Below, in pieces: positions 15,682 through 29,739 of a stretch of 64,000 nt of DNA (its first letter is position 1; each line of letters opens with the position of its first letter). Source of the stretch: Eledone cirrhosa. Taxonomy: Eukaryota. Made by a program: the position numbers and the translations under genes. The notes below the pieces were generated by a model. The model had not been told where the DNA came from and ran no database searches. It saw only the letters and a list, made by a program, of their open reading frames with translations. The stretch covers positions 73,656,001 through 73,720,000 of the forward strand of contig OZ024741.1 of NCBI GenBank assembly GCA_964016885.1, read 5' to 3'.

Positions 15682-16208
15682 AGGTGAGCACGCGATGTTT
15701 AGGTTCACGTCAGTATCGAGGTGTAGAGCTAGATAGAGTGCAATATAATGTGTCTACTTTAGGCACAAGGCCAGGAATTATCTCAGTGCATTACTGGTAC
15801 TTTATTTCATCGACCCCGTAAGGATGAAAGGCAAAGTTAACCTCAGCAGGGTTTGAACTCAGACCATAAAGGGCCGTAACTCTTTGCTGCAAAGCATGGC
15901 GTCTGACTCTCTACCGATACTGCCAACCCACCAAAGATAATAATTGTTTCTACTTTAGGCACAAGGCCAGCAAATCAACCAGAGTATTACTGGTACTTTA
16001 TTCTATCGACCTCGTAAGGATGAAAGGCAAAGTTAACCTCGGCGGGATTTGAACTCTGAACATAAAGGGCCGTAACACTATGCTGCAAAGCATGGTGTCC
16101 GACCCTCTACCGACACTGCCAATCCACCAAGGACGAATGGTTACCTCTATTGTAGCAATGTCACTACCACTGCAGAGGTCTGACGAGCTTTTGATTCCAG
16201 AGTCGGGC
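15680..16208. mobile_element. Family D copy interrupted by two tandem SINEs (15752-15935 and 15945-16128, minus)
   Basis: 15680-15750 and 16130-16208 are colinear with the reverse complement of 12565-12720. Canonical CTGACGA at 16180. Confidence 0.75.
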
Positions 16209-16262
16209 ATACATATATATATATATATACATATATATAAATATATATATACATATATATAA

Positions 16263-16505
<243 letters not shown>

Positions 16506-16654
16506 GAGAGAGAGAGAGAGAAAATAAAATTAGAATTTTATTTCTCACCTTAGCACATCTGATACATAAATGTAAGTATGCACACGTACACACACACACA
16601 TACCCACACATATATATATATATATTTATACATACACACACAACTATACATATA

Positions 16655-16972
16655 CATATGTACATAAGTGTTATATCGAACATTAATAATAATGTTCGAA
16701 AAACGGCCCGATTTGAAGCTGTGCAGTGAAGCTCATGTGCAGTTCAACACTGGCTTTGAGGAACAATCAACATGTTTCTGGGTCATTACCCGTCATCAGG
16801 AGTATATACCCTGCCAGTCTGTTGAACGGTTGAAAATATATAGTATATTCGTAAGTACACATTGGCTGAGTAGCCTCATTTGCGTACTGAGTGAGTTACG
16901 GCTTCAAATCCGGCCGTTTGTTTACAAACGAACCGAACATTATTATTAATGTTCGATATAACCCATACGTAC

Positions 16973-16978
<6 letters not shown>
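16655..16978 (-). mobile_element. Family B copy with inverted terminal arms
   Basis: Minus strand aligns with 4596-4870 (AACTCACTCA..GCAAAT.AGGCT.CTCAGCC, CAGTGTTGAAC, GTTTGTTTACAAACGAAC). Arms at 16655-16719 / 16901-16978. Confidence 0.75.
16764..16804 (-). ncRNA. Minimal type I hammerhead
   Basis: Minus strand: TACTC-CTGATGA-CGGGT.AATG.ACCCA-GAAA-CAT-GTT-GATTG; covaries with 4692-4734. Confidence 0.75.
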
Positions 16979-17057
<79 letters not shown>

Positions 17058-17567
17058 ATTGTGTTAATATTTGCGGTTTCTAAATATTCTCTTACTAGAA
17101 AGGACTCTGCTGCTATTTCTAGCTATCGATAAGCCTATTCACGTCACTGGGATGACGGCGGTGCGGTGTGTAATTTTTATAACTACATGCGCTTTTCGTC
17201 GTTATTTCCTGATTTGTTCTTGATGTGTAATTACAGATAGTTAAATCTTCTTCTCTGATGATCCAAGATTTGATTCACAGATTAATGCTGAAATATATTT
17301 ATTCAATGGAATATATACAAAGGAGATTAATCATTATTGCAAGGTATCTATTTTAAGTTCTCGTTAATTATAATTATGTTACCTCCGTAACTATGTGTGT
17401 TTACACTCTTTACAAATTATCCCCTGTCAATGTTTGATATGTTTCGACTTTTAATTTAATTTTAATAAATGATCGGATTTATTCCTTAGAATCTTTGAGT
17501 TTATTCTTCGGGTGATATGGCACATGTTTCTGAAATTCTCAGACATGACATCTTTAATTTAATTTTG

Positions 17568-17610
<43 letters not shown>

Positions 17611-17616
<6 letters not shown>

Positions 17617-18291
17617 TAGCGAGAATCGTATTTCAGCTCAGGAATTAACGAAAATCAACCTCCGAGATGTGTGGCAAGCGCTCGATGATTCATATGAATC
17701 AGAGCTACAACATACGTTAAGGGCCAAACACACTGAGATGGTGCTTAAACAAATCATCCGCACAGCCAAAACAAACGACCAAGTAATTCGGGTCAAACAA
17801 TAAAAATATATGTGACGAAAATTTACCCGGATCCCTGGACGGTTGGTAAAATCCAGTATTCGGGTTTCTGCGACTCCATAAATCAGGTACTGTCCGCCTA
17901 CATAAAGAATGTTGGGCTTCTGGTAAGATGATTGAACAAGGAAGCCGTGTTATCAACGGGTTTTTGCACCAAATGCTATACATAAGTGTGACTATTACTG
18001 AACCCATGTGGAGTTCAGCAAGGGAGGCAACACCTATATTAGGCGAATGAATTCAGTTGTGTATAATATTGCGAGAATGCAAAATATCACAAATCGAATA
18101 AAGCTCTCGACAGAATGGTTAAATATAACAAAGCTATTCATCAGTCAATAGAAGCAACTAAAAAAATCAATAAAATTAACTGCTCAATAGCTAGACTCGG
18201 GAGATTAATACAAATATAAATTAGCGAGAATCGTATTTCAGCTCAGGAATTAACGAAAATCAACCTCCGAGATGTGTGGCAAGCGCTCGAT
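17611..18291. mobile_element. Terminally redundant non-coding element, 605-bp unit
   Basis: Identical 76-bp direct repeats at 17611-17686 and 18216-18291; (TA)n on both sides; diverged relative at 55086-55701. Confidence 0.8.
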
Positions 18292-18329
18292 ATATATGTA
18301 TATATATATATATATATTTCATAAATGAA

Positions 18330-18368
<39 letters not shown>

Positions 18369-18459
18369 AATAAAAATGGCGTAGACATTACAATACAATA
18401 GGAGGGAACGTAATAGTACCACTGATGATGTTGCAGATGTGCAACGAAAGAACTTTGAT

Positions 18460-18522
<63 letters not shown>

Positions 18523-18523
<1 letters not shown>

Positions 18524-18725
18524 GGAAAAAGTATGACCCTGACGGCAGAGCTCAAGCCGTTTCGACAGCTATTTCTGGACTATTTCAGTCCAGAAATAGC
18601 TGTCGAAACGGCTTGAGCTCTGCCGTCGGGGTCATACTTTTTCCTATTTCGCACTCTACTACCCTAAGTATTGAGTACTTTGGTGCGTTATGGTCCATCT
18701 GGTTCCTTACCACAATTCCTTTGTT
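18523..18725 (+). mobile_element. Family A fold-back insert
   Basis: About 60-bp near-perfect arms; GAAAC-GGC...GCC-GTC at 18605-18627; tail. Confidence 0.85.
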
Positions 18726-18743
18726 ATATATATATATATATAT

Positions 18744-19086
<343 letters not shown>

Positions 19087-19287
19087 GTGTGTGTATTTTT
19101 AACCGTTGGTCAATCAATGATAAACATTGATTGCCAAATAAATTAACTATGGAGATATAAAAGATACAGAAGCGAAAACCAACCAAACAGTGAGTGTCTT
19201 CTGTTATTATTTCTGGCAATATTATTACAACAATATGACCCCCTCCAAGTATAACAATATATATATATACATATATACATATATATA

Positions 19288-19407
19288 GACTCTGAAACTA
19301 GCTGTTGAAACGGCAAGAGCTCAGCTGTTGGGTCGCGACTCTTTATAATATAGCCATACTTTACTACCGCAAGTATCGAGTAGTCTGTTGAGTAATGGTC
19401 TAACTAA
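19288..19407 (+). mobile_element. Family A, degenerate copy
   Basis: AGCTGTTGAAACGGCAAGAGCTCAGCTGTTGGG plus a decayed tail. Confidence 0.55.
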
Positions 19408-19471
19408 TATATGTATAATATATATACTGTATATGTATAATATATATATATAATATACATATTGATATATA

Positions 19472-19573
19472 CAGGGTGTTCCCCAAAAATGTATACATAA
19501 TTGGACTACATTTACAGGCAATATTTATTAGAATGCTGTTGAAGTGTGTATATATTTTTTTAAGGACACCCTA
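19472..19573. mobile_element. Tiny Tc1/mariner-like MITE
   Basis: CAGGGTGTTCCCCAAAAATGTATACA...GACACCCT; homologous to 1386-1481. Confidence 0.7.
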
Positions 19574-19577
19574 TATA

Positions 19578-21090
19578 TTGGGACAGGACCCTTTGCCAGA
19601 GAGGAGCTTCAGAGATCCAAGAAGAAGATCAAGGAGGGCAAAGCCCATGAAGAAGATAGAGTGGCATCAGAGGTGATGAAGGGGTGTGATTTTGACAATA
19701 TCAACCAGGAGTTCTGTAACCAGCCACTGGAAACGGAGTTGCACCGAATCAGTTGAGGATCAGTAATATCGTCCCAGTGCCAACGAAGAGAGATCTCTCT
19801 AACACCAACAACTATATGGGATCTCACTGACGTCACTTGTGGCAAAGACCCTCAACAGGATGAATCTTAACAGGATCCAACCCGAGATGGAGAAGAAGCT
19901 CAGGGACAACCAGAACGGATTTAGAGAGGGAAGATCAACCACCACTTAAATCCTGATGCTGAGGAGGATATTAAAGGGAGCTAGAGCAAAGAGGCTTCCT
20001 GCTAACATGGTTTCCATTGACTTTAGGAAGATCTTTGATTCCGTGAACCGTTACTGCCTGATGAAGATCTTACAGGCTTATGGAATCCCCAAAAAGATAG
20101 TGGACCTGATATCACTGCTCTACACCAACACCAAAGCCCAAGTCATTATACCTGACGGGATGACGGAGTTATTTGAGGTACTTGCTGGAGTGTTCCAGGG
20201 AGATACATTGGCTCCTTACCTTTTTATCATCAAAGTGGACTATTGTATGCGACTTGCACCGGAGAAACACCAGGACTCTGGCTTTACTGTAGCACTGACT
20301 CAGAGCCGGGGAGTTAAGGCTAAAAAGATATCGGATGCTGAATTTGCTGACGACATAGTTCTGGTGACAAACAGTGAAGGAGGCAGAGGAGTTTATTAGA
20401 GAGGTGGAGACTGTGGCGATGAGTGTGTGGCTGAGAATGAATGAGAGTAAGACGAAGTATCTGGTAAAGAACATTAAGAAGCAACAGATCATGAATGTAG
20501 GCGGGAAGCCGCTACAGTTGGTTGAAGACTTCCTGTATCTGGGAGCAAAGATTGGGAGCACAGAGGATGATATGGTTGAGTGGAAGAGCAAAGCCTGGGT
20601 GGCGTGTCACAATTTGAGATCGGTGTGGAAGTCGGACTTTCGTAAAGACCTGAAGATCCGTCTCTTTGTTGCTACGGTGTAGTCTGTACTACTGTACGGG
20701 TCTGAGACTTGGATACTGACCAAGAAACTCACTCAGATGGTTGATGGGTGCGACACGAGAATGCTGAGGATGACTCTGAACATTAATCAGTATACACAGA
20801 GGATGAAGAACATGAGCTGTACGGGAGCCTCCCAAGAGTCAGCTCGAAAGTAACACAGAGGAGAATGAGGTTAGCTGGACATGCTCACTGCCATTCAGAG
20901 TTGATACTGCAATCAGTGCTTCTGTGGGAGCCCCTACACGGACACACTAGAAGAGGGAGAACGAGGTTGACCTATATTGATGCCCTAAGGACAAACACTG
21001 GTCTCTGGGAGACGCAGGACATGGCCGCGATGATGAAGGACAGATCGCTGGAGAGAACTCGTCCATGGATCTGGGGAATTTGACCCGCCT
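19578..21090 (+). mobile_element. RTE/RTE-X-like LINE, 5'-truncated pseudogene
   Basis: IDFRKIFDSV, GVFQGDTLAPYLF, FADD, FLYLG and RLAGHAH motifs with stops and frameshifts. Same family as 37875-39150. Confidence 0.9.
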
Positions 21091-21456
21091 ATATATATAT
21101 ATATATATATATACAATATATATACAATATATACTTGGCACAGCGGGGATAAAAAGCAAAACTCTTAATTCATTAGTGAAATATCGCAGTAATATTAAAT
21201 ATGAGTTTGAGGGAGAGATGTTGACTTACCTGGTTTTTCGTAATAGGTAGACAGAAAATCCCAGATTGTACGGAAGTGACACGGAGACAATATCTCGAAG
21301 AGTGTCACGTGATTATAACCAAACGTGAACGTATATTAACTACGTCGTGTAATTTCCTGCGTCTAGAGGTATGTCAGTATGTATGAGACAAAACGAAATA
21401 CAAGCTGAAGCTGTGTACAATAATAATACCGTAACGTGTGTTTTGTAGTTATCTCC

Positions 21457-22104
21457 TTATAGTAAAGCCCGGCGTTGCTCGGGGTCGCTCAGTAGCTGTG
21501 TTAAAGTTACAATGTTAAGTTTCTTTTTTGGCTTAAAGTCTGTCTGCACGCCTAACGAAATTTACAGATACATATATTTTAAATAAACTTATATAATTTT
21601 TGCTTTTTTTTACGAAATATTTGCTTGTTTTACGTAGTCTTTAAATAGACTTGTTTTCAAGTAAAAATATTGTTTTAAAAGGCTTTTAAATGGAAATGAA
21701 GCAAAACGGAAGCTTAGTGTTCGAACTGATGAATTTTGCAGGTCAAAATTTTGCTGGCTCGACAACTGTTCGTGTATTGTGTTAATGTCATTTTAAACGC
21801 TGAGAAAGCCAGCGTAATTTTTTTAATGTTTGCACGCAGAAAATGTAAACAGAACGGAACGTAAGACGCTCAATGTAAACAGAACAAAGGGAAATAACTC
21901 GTCACTTACGCTCAAAAATCGATACATTAGATTCGATTTCGTCACATAGGGTGGGTCAATTTGAAATATTTTTTTCCGATGTCTTCGCTAGGGCTCAATG
22001 TACAAGTATAGCAATTTCGGTGCAATTCCGTCAGAGATTCTAAGAGGAGATGTGTGCCAAAAATCGATAGACAGACAGACAACCACAGCTTTATATATAT
22101 AGAT
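21457..22104 (-). mobile_element. Non-autonomous Helitron
   Basis: Minus-strand 5' end A|TCTATATATATAAAG with (TGTC)n; subterminal hairpin CCCGAGCAACGCCGGG; 3' CTRR degenerate. Confidence 0.65.
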
Positions 22105-22580
22105 AACCAGCAATTTCTCTGTTTGTCTGTCTGTCCGACAGTGGACATAACTCCTAATGGGGATGCAGGGGCGCTGTAGTTGACATACAGCGTGATTTGG
22201 GCCTTTTAAACCTGGCGGAGGACTTACATACACCAGGTCTGAATACAGCTGACTTCTTCCAGAGAAGGCGAGAAAAACAATGATAGAATGGAATTAAAAA
22301 GAGATATAAGGGAAGTATCGATTCCATACTGAACTGGTACTTTTGTATCGACCTCGAAAGAATGGAAGTTGACCTCGGTGTGTTTTGAACTCAGGGGCGC
22401 AAATAGCCAGAACGAGTACGGGAAATTATTTTATCCAATGTTCAAAAGATTTAGTCAATTCGTTGCCTTCTTGGTAACATAACATGAATGGATAACATGA
22501 AGAATCAGCACAAAAATGCTTACTTAATGCGGAATGTAATGGAATACAAATAATATTATGGACGCACGGTGTGTGTGTGT

Positions 22581-22668
<88 letters not shown>

Positions 22669-22670
22669 CG

Positions 22671-22702
<32 letters not shown>

Positions 22703-22884
22703 CGTGTGTGTGTGTGTGTGTGCGTGTGTGTGTGTCTGAGCGTGTATGTGCGTGTGTGTGTTTACATGGATAGATGAATTGATAAGGTTAGTGGAATTAA
22801 CACTATTTGTCTTTTGGCAATCTCTCACGATGTGACATTTTACAGAAAACTATTATATATCTATATATCTATATATATATATAC

Positions 22885-22977
<93 letters not shown>

Positions 22978-23098
22978 CAATATAGACAACTACAATATGT
23001 AGCCATAGTTAAAACGAACAGTACATAAATAACAATAAACAATGACACATGGAATAATTCATAACTCCCTGCTGTATGCAATACATCTATCTATCATA

Positions 23099-23213
<115 letters not shown>

Positions 23214-23289
23214 ATACTTGGGGAGGGTCATATTTGTGTGATAATATTGCCAGAATTAATAACAGAGCACACTCACTAATTCATCGCCG

Positions 23290-23324
<35 letters not shown>

Positions 23325-23328
<4 letters not shown>

Positions 23329-23494
23329 CAGAAGGGATATTCAATTTGTTGGTAATTCAACAAATATAAATGTTTATAACTGATTCAGAGCACTCGACAG
23401 TTTTCTGGAGTATAATATTGAATGATATTAAATAAATGAAAACTATATTTATATGGTTTTATAAATATAGTTTCTATTTATTTAATATCATTGT
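23325..23494 (-). mobile_element. Family E fold-back insert, short arms
   Basis: Tail and arm end homologous to 46458-46897; same outer arm terminus AATATCATTG(TA)n. Confidence 0.75.
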
Positions 23495-23513
23495 ATATAT
23501 TATATATATATAC

Positions 23514-23576
<63 letters not shown>

Positions 23577-23688
23577 GTATGCGTGTGTGTGTGTATGTGG
23601 CGGTGTTTGTGTGGGGGGCGTGTCTGAGTTTGCTTGTGTGTGTAATTAATATTTAACTACTATATATACATTTATGTATGTATGCATA

Positions 23689-23805
<117 letters not shown>

Positions 23806-24074
23806 GATAAACACAATGCTATACAAAATAGCGATGAATGGGACAAAAACACGGTGAGTCTTATAACATTTCGGAAATGGCAAATACATATGTTTGAATA
23901 TTTAATGAAGTATCGAGATAAGCCTGGAAGCCATTGTTGAACACGAATACTACAAAACCAAAGAATTGTAATATGTATAAAATCGCATTAGACGTATAGA
24001 TCAACAGTTGTTAAAACATCAACTCTAAACGTGATCATAATGGCAACATTGCTTTGTCGCTCTGATTTAGTTGA

Positions 24075-24345
24075 TGTCTGAGCTGTAGTCAGAGTGGTTG
24101 CCTCGGAGGACACTGTCCTCCAACCCGCCGAGGAAGTCCTGGCTGCCCTGCGGCTCAAGCACCCTGAGCTGCCCGCCGACCTCAGACCTATGCCCCCATC
24201 TGATCCTCACTTGCTCCTTGTGGCTTCCGACACAGACATCGTGTCTGTCATCAAGTCCTTCCCAGCAAGCAGCAGCGGTGGTACTGATGGCCTCCGACCT
24301 GGCAACCTCAAGGAGTAGTTATCTCCCACCCTCCGCTGTGGCTGA
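24075..24345 (+). mobile_element. CRE-clade-like non-LTR RT N-terminal fragment
   Basis: AVVRVVASEDT...LRLKHP...VIKSFPASSSGGTDGLRPGNLKE resembles the pre-RT region of CRE-type elements. Confidence 0.55.
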
Positions 24346-24359
24346 GGGAGACTGGGGAT

Positions 24360-24620
24360 GACATACGTTGGTGACCGAAGGACGGACACTGGTCTCTTCG
24401 AGATGCGGGACATAGTGACGACGGTGAAGAACAGAGATCGCTGGAGATAACTCGTCTATGGATCTCGGCAATTTTACCCGCACTAGATATTATAATAATA
24501 ATAATTTCTACTTTTGGCACAAGGCCAGCAATTACCCAGTGTATTACTGGTACTTTATTTTATCGACCCCGTAAGGATGAAAGGCAAAGTTAACCTCGGC
24601 GGGATTTGAACTCAGATCTA
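24360..24620. mobile_element. RTE-like LINE 3' end (24360-24488 +) followed by SINE fragment (24500-24617 -)
   Basis: Homologous to 39015-39145 (ending AATTTTACCCGC.CTAGATA); SINE core on the minus strand. Confidence 0.75.
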
Positions 24621-24854
24621 GAACTAGATATAATAATAATAATAATAATAGATCCCGTTAAGGGTGAAAGCAGCGATTCTTTGCTTAAACTTTAATCTGT
24701 TATTTTAATAAATACATATATATATATATGTATATGAACAAATGAAACAAAATAAACACAGGGATGCAGAAATACAAAGTCGAACTAGAGGTGTATGTGA
24801 CTGGCTGTACGATATGTGTACATATAATAAGCATATAAGAGACTCACTATGCTA

Positions 24855-24916
<62 letters not shown>

Positions 24917-24919
<3 letters not shown>

Positions 24920-26903
24920 AATATCTTTATGTCGTTTGGAAGCCTCGACAATGCAAATGGGTAAATCTCCAGGTAACGAGGTCCGGTGGTGGAGAGAGAG
25001 ATGTAAGTGGGTGTACGCTGAGATGCGTGGTGTGTATAAGATGTGTGAGATGTGTAGAATGAAGGGAAGAGTATAAAGGATAAAAATAAAAATAACTACA
25101 CAAGAGAGAGTTACCTTGGGAGAGATTTAATAGTCCCTATATATTTCGGATTCACATCCATCAACTGGGGTTTTTTCCGGGGTGGAGGAAAAGGTTGTCT
25201 GTCGGACAAGTCCGGATCGCGTCTTTCGCTGTTTGTTGATTTGAATATCTGAGGTATTCGGCGGAGCGCGCGTGTGCGTGAAATGGGGTCGGTCGTACAG
25301 AGGTCAGCGGCCGAATGAGGGAGTGGGATGGCGCTAGCTGTCAGTCCATTCTCTGCCTATTTGTTAAATGTGTGCGTGTGTGCGTGTGTTGTTGTCTCGC
25401 TTGAGTGTGTGTGTGTGTGTGTGTGTTACCTTGTTCATCTGTATTGGCAGTGTAGTATGTTCGTATGGTGGAATGCTACTGTGTGTGTGTGCGTGTGTGT
25501 GTGTAGTTGTCTCGTTTGCGTGTGTGTGTGCGTGTGTTGTGTGTTGTTGCATCGCTTGTTAACTTAAACCAGCCATTTCATTTCGCTTCTCTCTGATCGG
25601 TTGTTTATTTGCGGTTGCAGTCGTTTGATAAAAAGCGCTTCCTTGATACGTAACGTGCCGACGTTTCTTTCAGTCGCTAGAATTGTGACAATGGGCCTTC
25701 CGTCTTTGTTTCCGCATTTGTCTATGTGTTTCCGGAAAGACGAGGCCCTGGTTTTAGTGTGTTCCTTGATCCGGATGTGCACAGGTCGAATTGTGCTACC
25801 TATGTAGTATTGGTTGCACCTGTCACATTCTATCTTATACACGACGTATGTGCGTAGGCAACAGTTAGCATGGCGTATCGGGCAGTCTCTGAGGGAGCAT
25901 GCGTCAGTAGATTTTTCGGGTTTCCTGGAGAGGCATCTTCGCAGGGAGGGGCCCAAGTGGGCCAGGTGGATGTCAAGGCCCTCCCTCCGTATCGCCTTGC
26001 GGATAGCGTTGGTGGTTTTCTCGCCCAGGTGTGGCATTTTAAGGAAGCACTTGCCTTGGGTGCTTCTCTGTCTCTTGCGTCTGGTGTCTCCTATTCTGTC
26101 TGTGATCGAGGTAGGGTACCCGTTCGTCTCCAGCACCTCGAGGAATCGCTTGGTATGAGTGACACCACTCGCGGGATCGCTGCATCTGTTTTTGATTCGC
26201 GCGATCTCGTTCGTGATGTATCCTCTTTTGGCACTGTTAGGGAGGGCGGACCTGTAGTGAACGAATAGGTCCCTGCAGGCTGCCTTTCTGTAGAAGTTAC
26301 AGTGGATCCCTCTTTGTTCCGTGATGTTAATTCGGAAGTCGAGGAGGGCAAGTGACCCGTCTTCGTTGGGGTGTTCAACACTGAAGTCAATGTTCTCGTC
26401 CGTGTTGTTGAACGTCTCATAGATTCTGTTCGCCGTGTCTTGGGAAGATGTGAGGATGAGGATATCGTCCACGTATCTTGAGAAAAAGGCTACGGCGTTG
26501 GGGTGGCAGGCGTTGAGTGCCTTGCGTTCGAGGTTGTCCATGTAGGAGATCGCTAGCACACCTGATAGACTTGATCCTGATAGACTTGTCCGACAGACAA
26601 CCTTTTCCCCCACCCCGGAAAAAACCCCAGTTGAAATATATAGGGACTATTAAATCTCTCCCAAGGTAACTCTCTCTTGTGTTGTTATTTTTATTTTTAT
26701 CCTTTATACTCTTCCCTTCATTCTACACATCTCACACATCTTATACACACCACGCATCTCAGCGTACACCCACTTACATCTCTCTCTCCACCACCGGACC
26801 TTGTTACCCGGAGATTTACCCATTTGCATTGTCGAGGCTTCCAAACGACATAAAGATATTTACTTATTGTTCCACAATGCTTCAAGCAAACTTCAATACT
26901 CTC
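24917..26903 (-). mobile_element. Young 5'-truncated Penelope-like element with inverted pseudo-LTR and tail
   Basis: 24917-25212 is inverted at 26583-26863, followed by a 40-nt tail; (TA)n on both sides; contains the RT/GIY-YIG ORF. Confidence 0.9.
25564..26582 (-). CDS. PLE reverse transcriptase C-terminal half plus Cys-rich linker plus GIY-YIG endonuclease (possibly Nematis-like)
   Basis: GSSLSGVLA..YMD, RYVDD, LLDF, YRK, SALP..K, CSLRDCP, VVYKIECDRC..YIGSTIR...RIKEH, EALFIKRLQPQIN; no internal stop. Confidence 0.92.
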
Positions 26904-27251
26904 ATATATATATATATATATATAGGATAACAAGGTATCGTTTAAGGTAATCCACTTAGAGGTTGTGAGTACTCTGTGTTGAGGATAGTTTTAACGTACG
27001 GCGTTGTTTGACTCTACAAGTTTCTTTAGTTAGGTGGCAAGTTTAAGAGAATTCCAAATCAGGTGGGTCTTGGAGTAATAATGGTGAAAGAATAAAGAAT
27101 AACATTGTCAGCTGTACAAAAAGGGTTTATTTACAGTATTAACAATTGTTCCATTAATCCGGTGTGTCTAAAGGCCGCTAATCGCTATAAATTAAGTCAT
27201 TCGACCTTAATTACAGCGTGTGCCTAATCAAATCATCGGAATACTATAATA

Positions 27252-27437
<186 letters not shown>

Positions 27438-27670
27438 TCATTTAAATTTTGTAGATCACCAATGGATAGAACTTGGCATGCTTAATTAATCATGATGAAA
27501 TCGTATGAAAAGCACTCTACGTTATGTTGAATCCCGTGGCTGGTTCAGGATCGGAGTTAAATATTAATTTGATTAAAACACCCAGGCCATTGAAATATAT
27601 AGAGGGTTTTTTTAGGTAATAAAACTTAAGAATATCCTCTGTCCGGTCTCCTTTTGCCTTAATCACATTT

Positions 27671-27722
<52 letters not shown>

Positions 27723-28534
27723 GATAACAACATTTTTAGACAACTTAATCAGAGAAACAATTGTTAGACTGTAAATAAATCCCCTTTTTTGTACTGTTAA
27801 CCATGTTATTCTTCACTTTTTCAATTTTATATATATATATATATATATACATATGGTGGCTGCCAACTCGTTTTCGAGTACGGCCACTACTTTATATCCA
27901 TATAGGAGAACCCCTACCGATGCGCTGAACGAGTGTGACTTTTTAGTCCAACCAGCAACTTGAAAACTCTGGTACAAACACTACACTTGTGACAAATATT
28001 GACACATAGTGCTGGGCCCATGGTACCCTGTGACGACAAGTGCAGAGAGATCTCCAGATATAAAGCAATGCCTGTGCCGTGAAGCTTTTATAGTGAGCAA
28101 AGGCACTGCACAAAGCCAGTCCCACTCTCTTAACCAAGATGATATTTACCAAAAAGAAGAACAAGTCAACATCATTGGATACCATCAGAGTTGCAGGTGT
28201 TATATCAGAGTTTTCCTTCTCCTAGAATTCTGCCTTGACAAAGGCTAAAGGGTCATCTCTCCCGGTGATTTTGGATGGCCATTGACTCTTAAGAGCTCCT
28301 TTGCCCTTTGACAGGTCTTGTTTTTAGTCCTGCAGGATGTCCAAAGTCACCCTCCTCACCAAGAAACCTTGGTGGGGTTGCCAGTTTAGTCGCCAACGAC
28401 CCGACCATGGGTCAGGTTGTACTGGGATACATGTTACCAGTAGCACCAACTGGTGACCTGACATATATATACATACATACATACGTACATACACACATAT
28501 ATATACATGCATATGTATATATATACACACACAC

Positions 28535-28850
<316 letters not shown>

Positions 28851-29306
28851 CATATACATGTATATATCTATATATATGTATATATGAGAAGGTCTTGAAA
28901 CATTCAAGGATTAATGATACTAATGGACTTAGTAACGCTACTGTTTCCAAACAAAATATAGAAAAATAAAGAAAAATGAGGAATCTTTAATCAGACATAG
29001 ATTAAACTCGTACGCAGTCGTGTCTTTAATATTATATATTTGAAAGAAAACTCGTTCCTTACACACACGCATACACACACACACGCACGCACACACACAC
29101 ACACACACAGACACACACACACACACACTTGCGTACATACATGCATATGTACATACATGCATACGTACATACATAGATACATACATGCATACATACAAAC
29201 ATACATACATACGTAAATGTGTGTATCAGTGTGTGTGTATGTGTGTGTGCGTCTCTGTGTGTGTATAGGTGTGTGTGCGTGTGTTTGTGCGCGCGCGTGT
29301 GCGTGT

Positions 29307-29389
<83 letters not shown>

Positions 29390-29739
29390 TGTGTACATGT
29401 GACTGAGTGGATGGGTGTGTTTCGGTGTTTAAAATCTTCTTTGTTCCTGTCTTTTATTTTGTGCCAATTGATTTTTATATACAAGTCTTTCTATTGTTAA
29501 CAAGCAATAATATTCATGTTATATATTTTGTATATTTTATACATTTCATGCACAAAGCAACAAGCAGCGTCATGATCGAAATAATTTCAATGGTTGCCAT
29601 ATTTCATATCGTGGCAAACCTTTATACAATGTTCGTGTCACTCAAGATGTGGCAGCTGAGCATAATTGCTTCATTTATATCACTTTTACCTTCATTCAAT
29701 ATTTCAATATTATTATTTACTATTTATCTTGCATTGTGA

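Noticed and set aside
17245-17310. CTGATGA...GAAA on the plus strand
   Set aside because: No helix I or helix II complementarity.
18130-18245. Type II hammerhead using CTGATGA (18144-18138, minus) and GAAATACG
   Set aside because: Helices I and II do not register correctly and the core is CAGATTA in the homologous copy near 55635.
25564-26613. Selenocysteine recoding as in some Naiad PLEs, or a complete 349-aa protein
   Set aside because: There is no in-frame TGA and the domain order is RT then endonuclease. The first ~10 residues come from the inverted arm, so this is a truncated fragment.
27855-28450. Possible LINE 5' region or other interspersed repeat
   Set aside because: Looks repeat-like but has no diagnostic motif or second copy in the window, so I left it unclassified.
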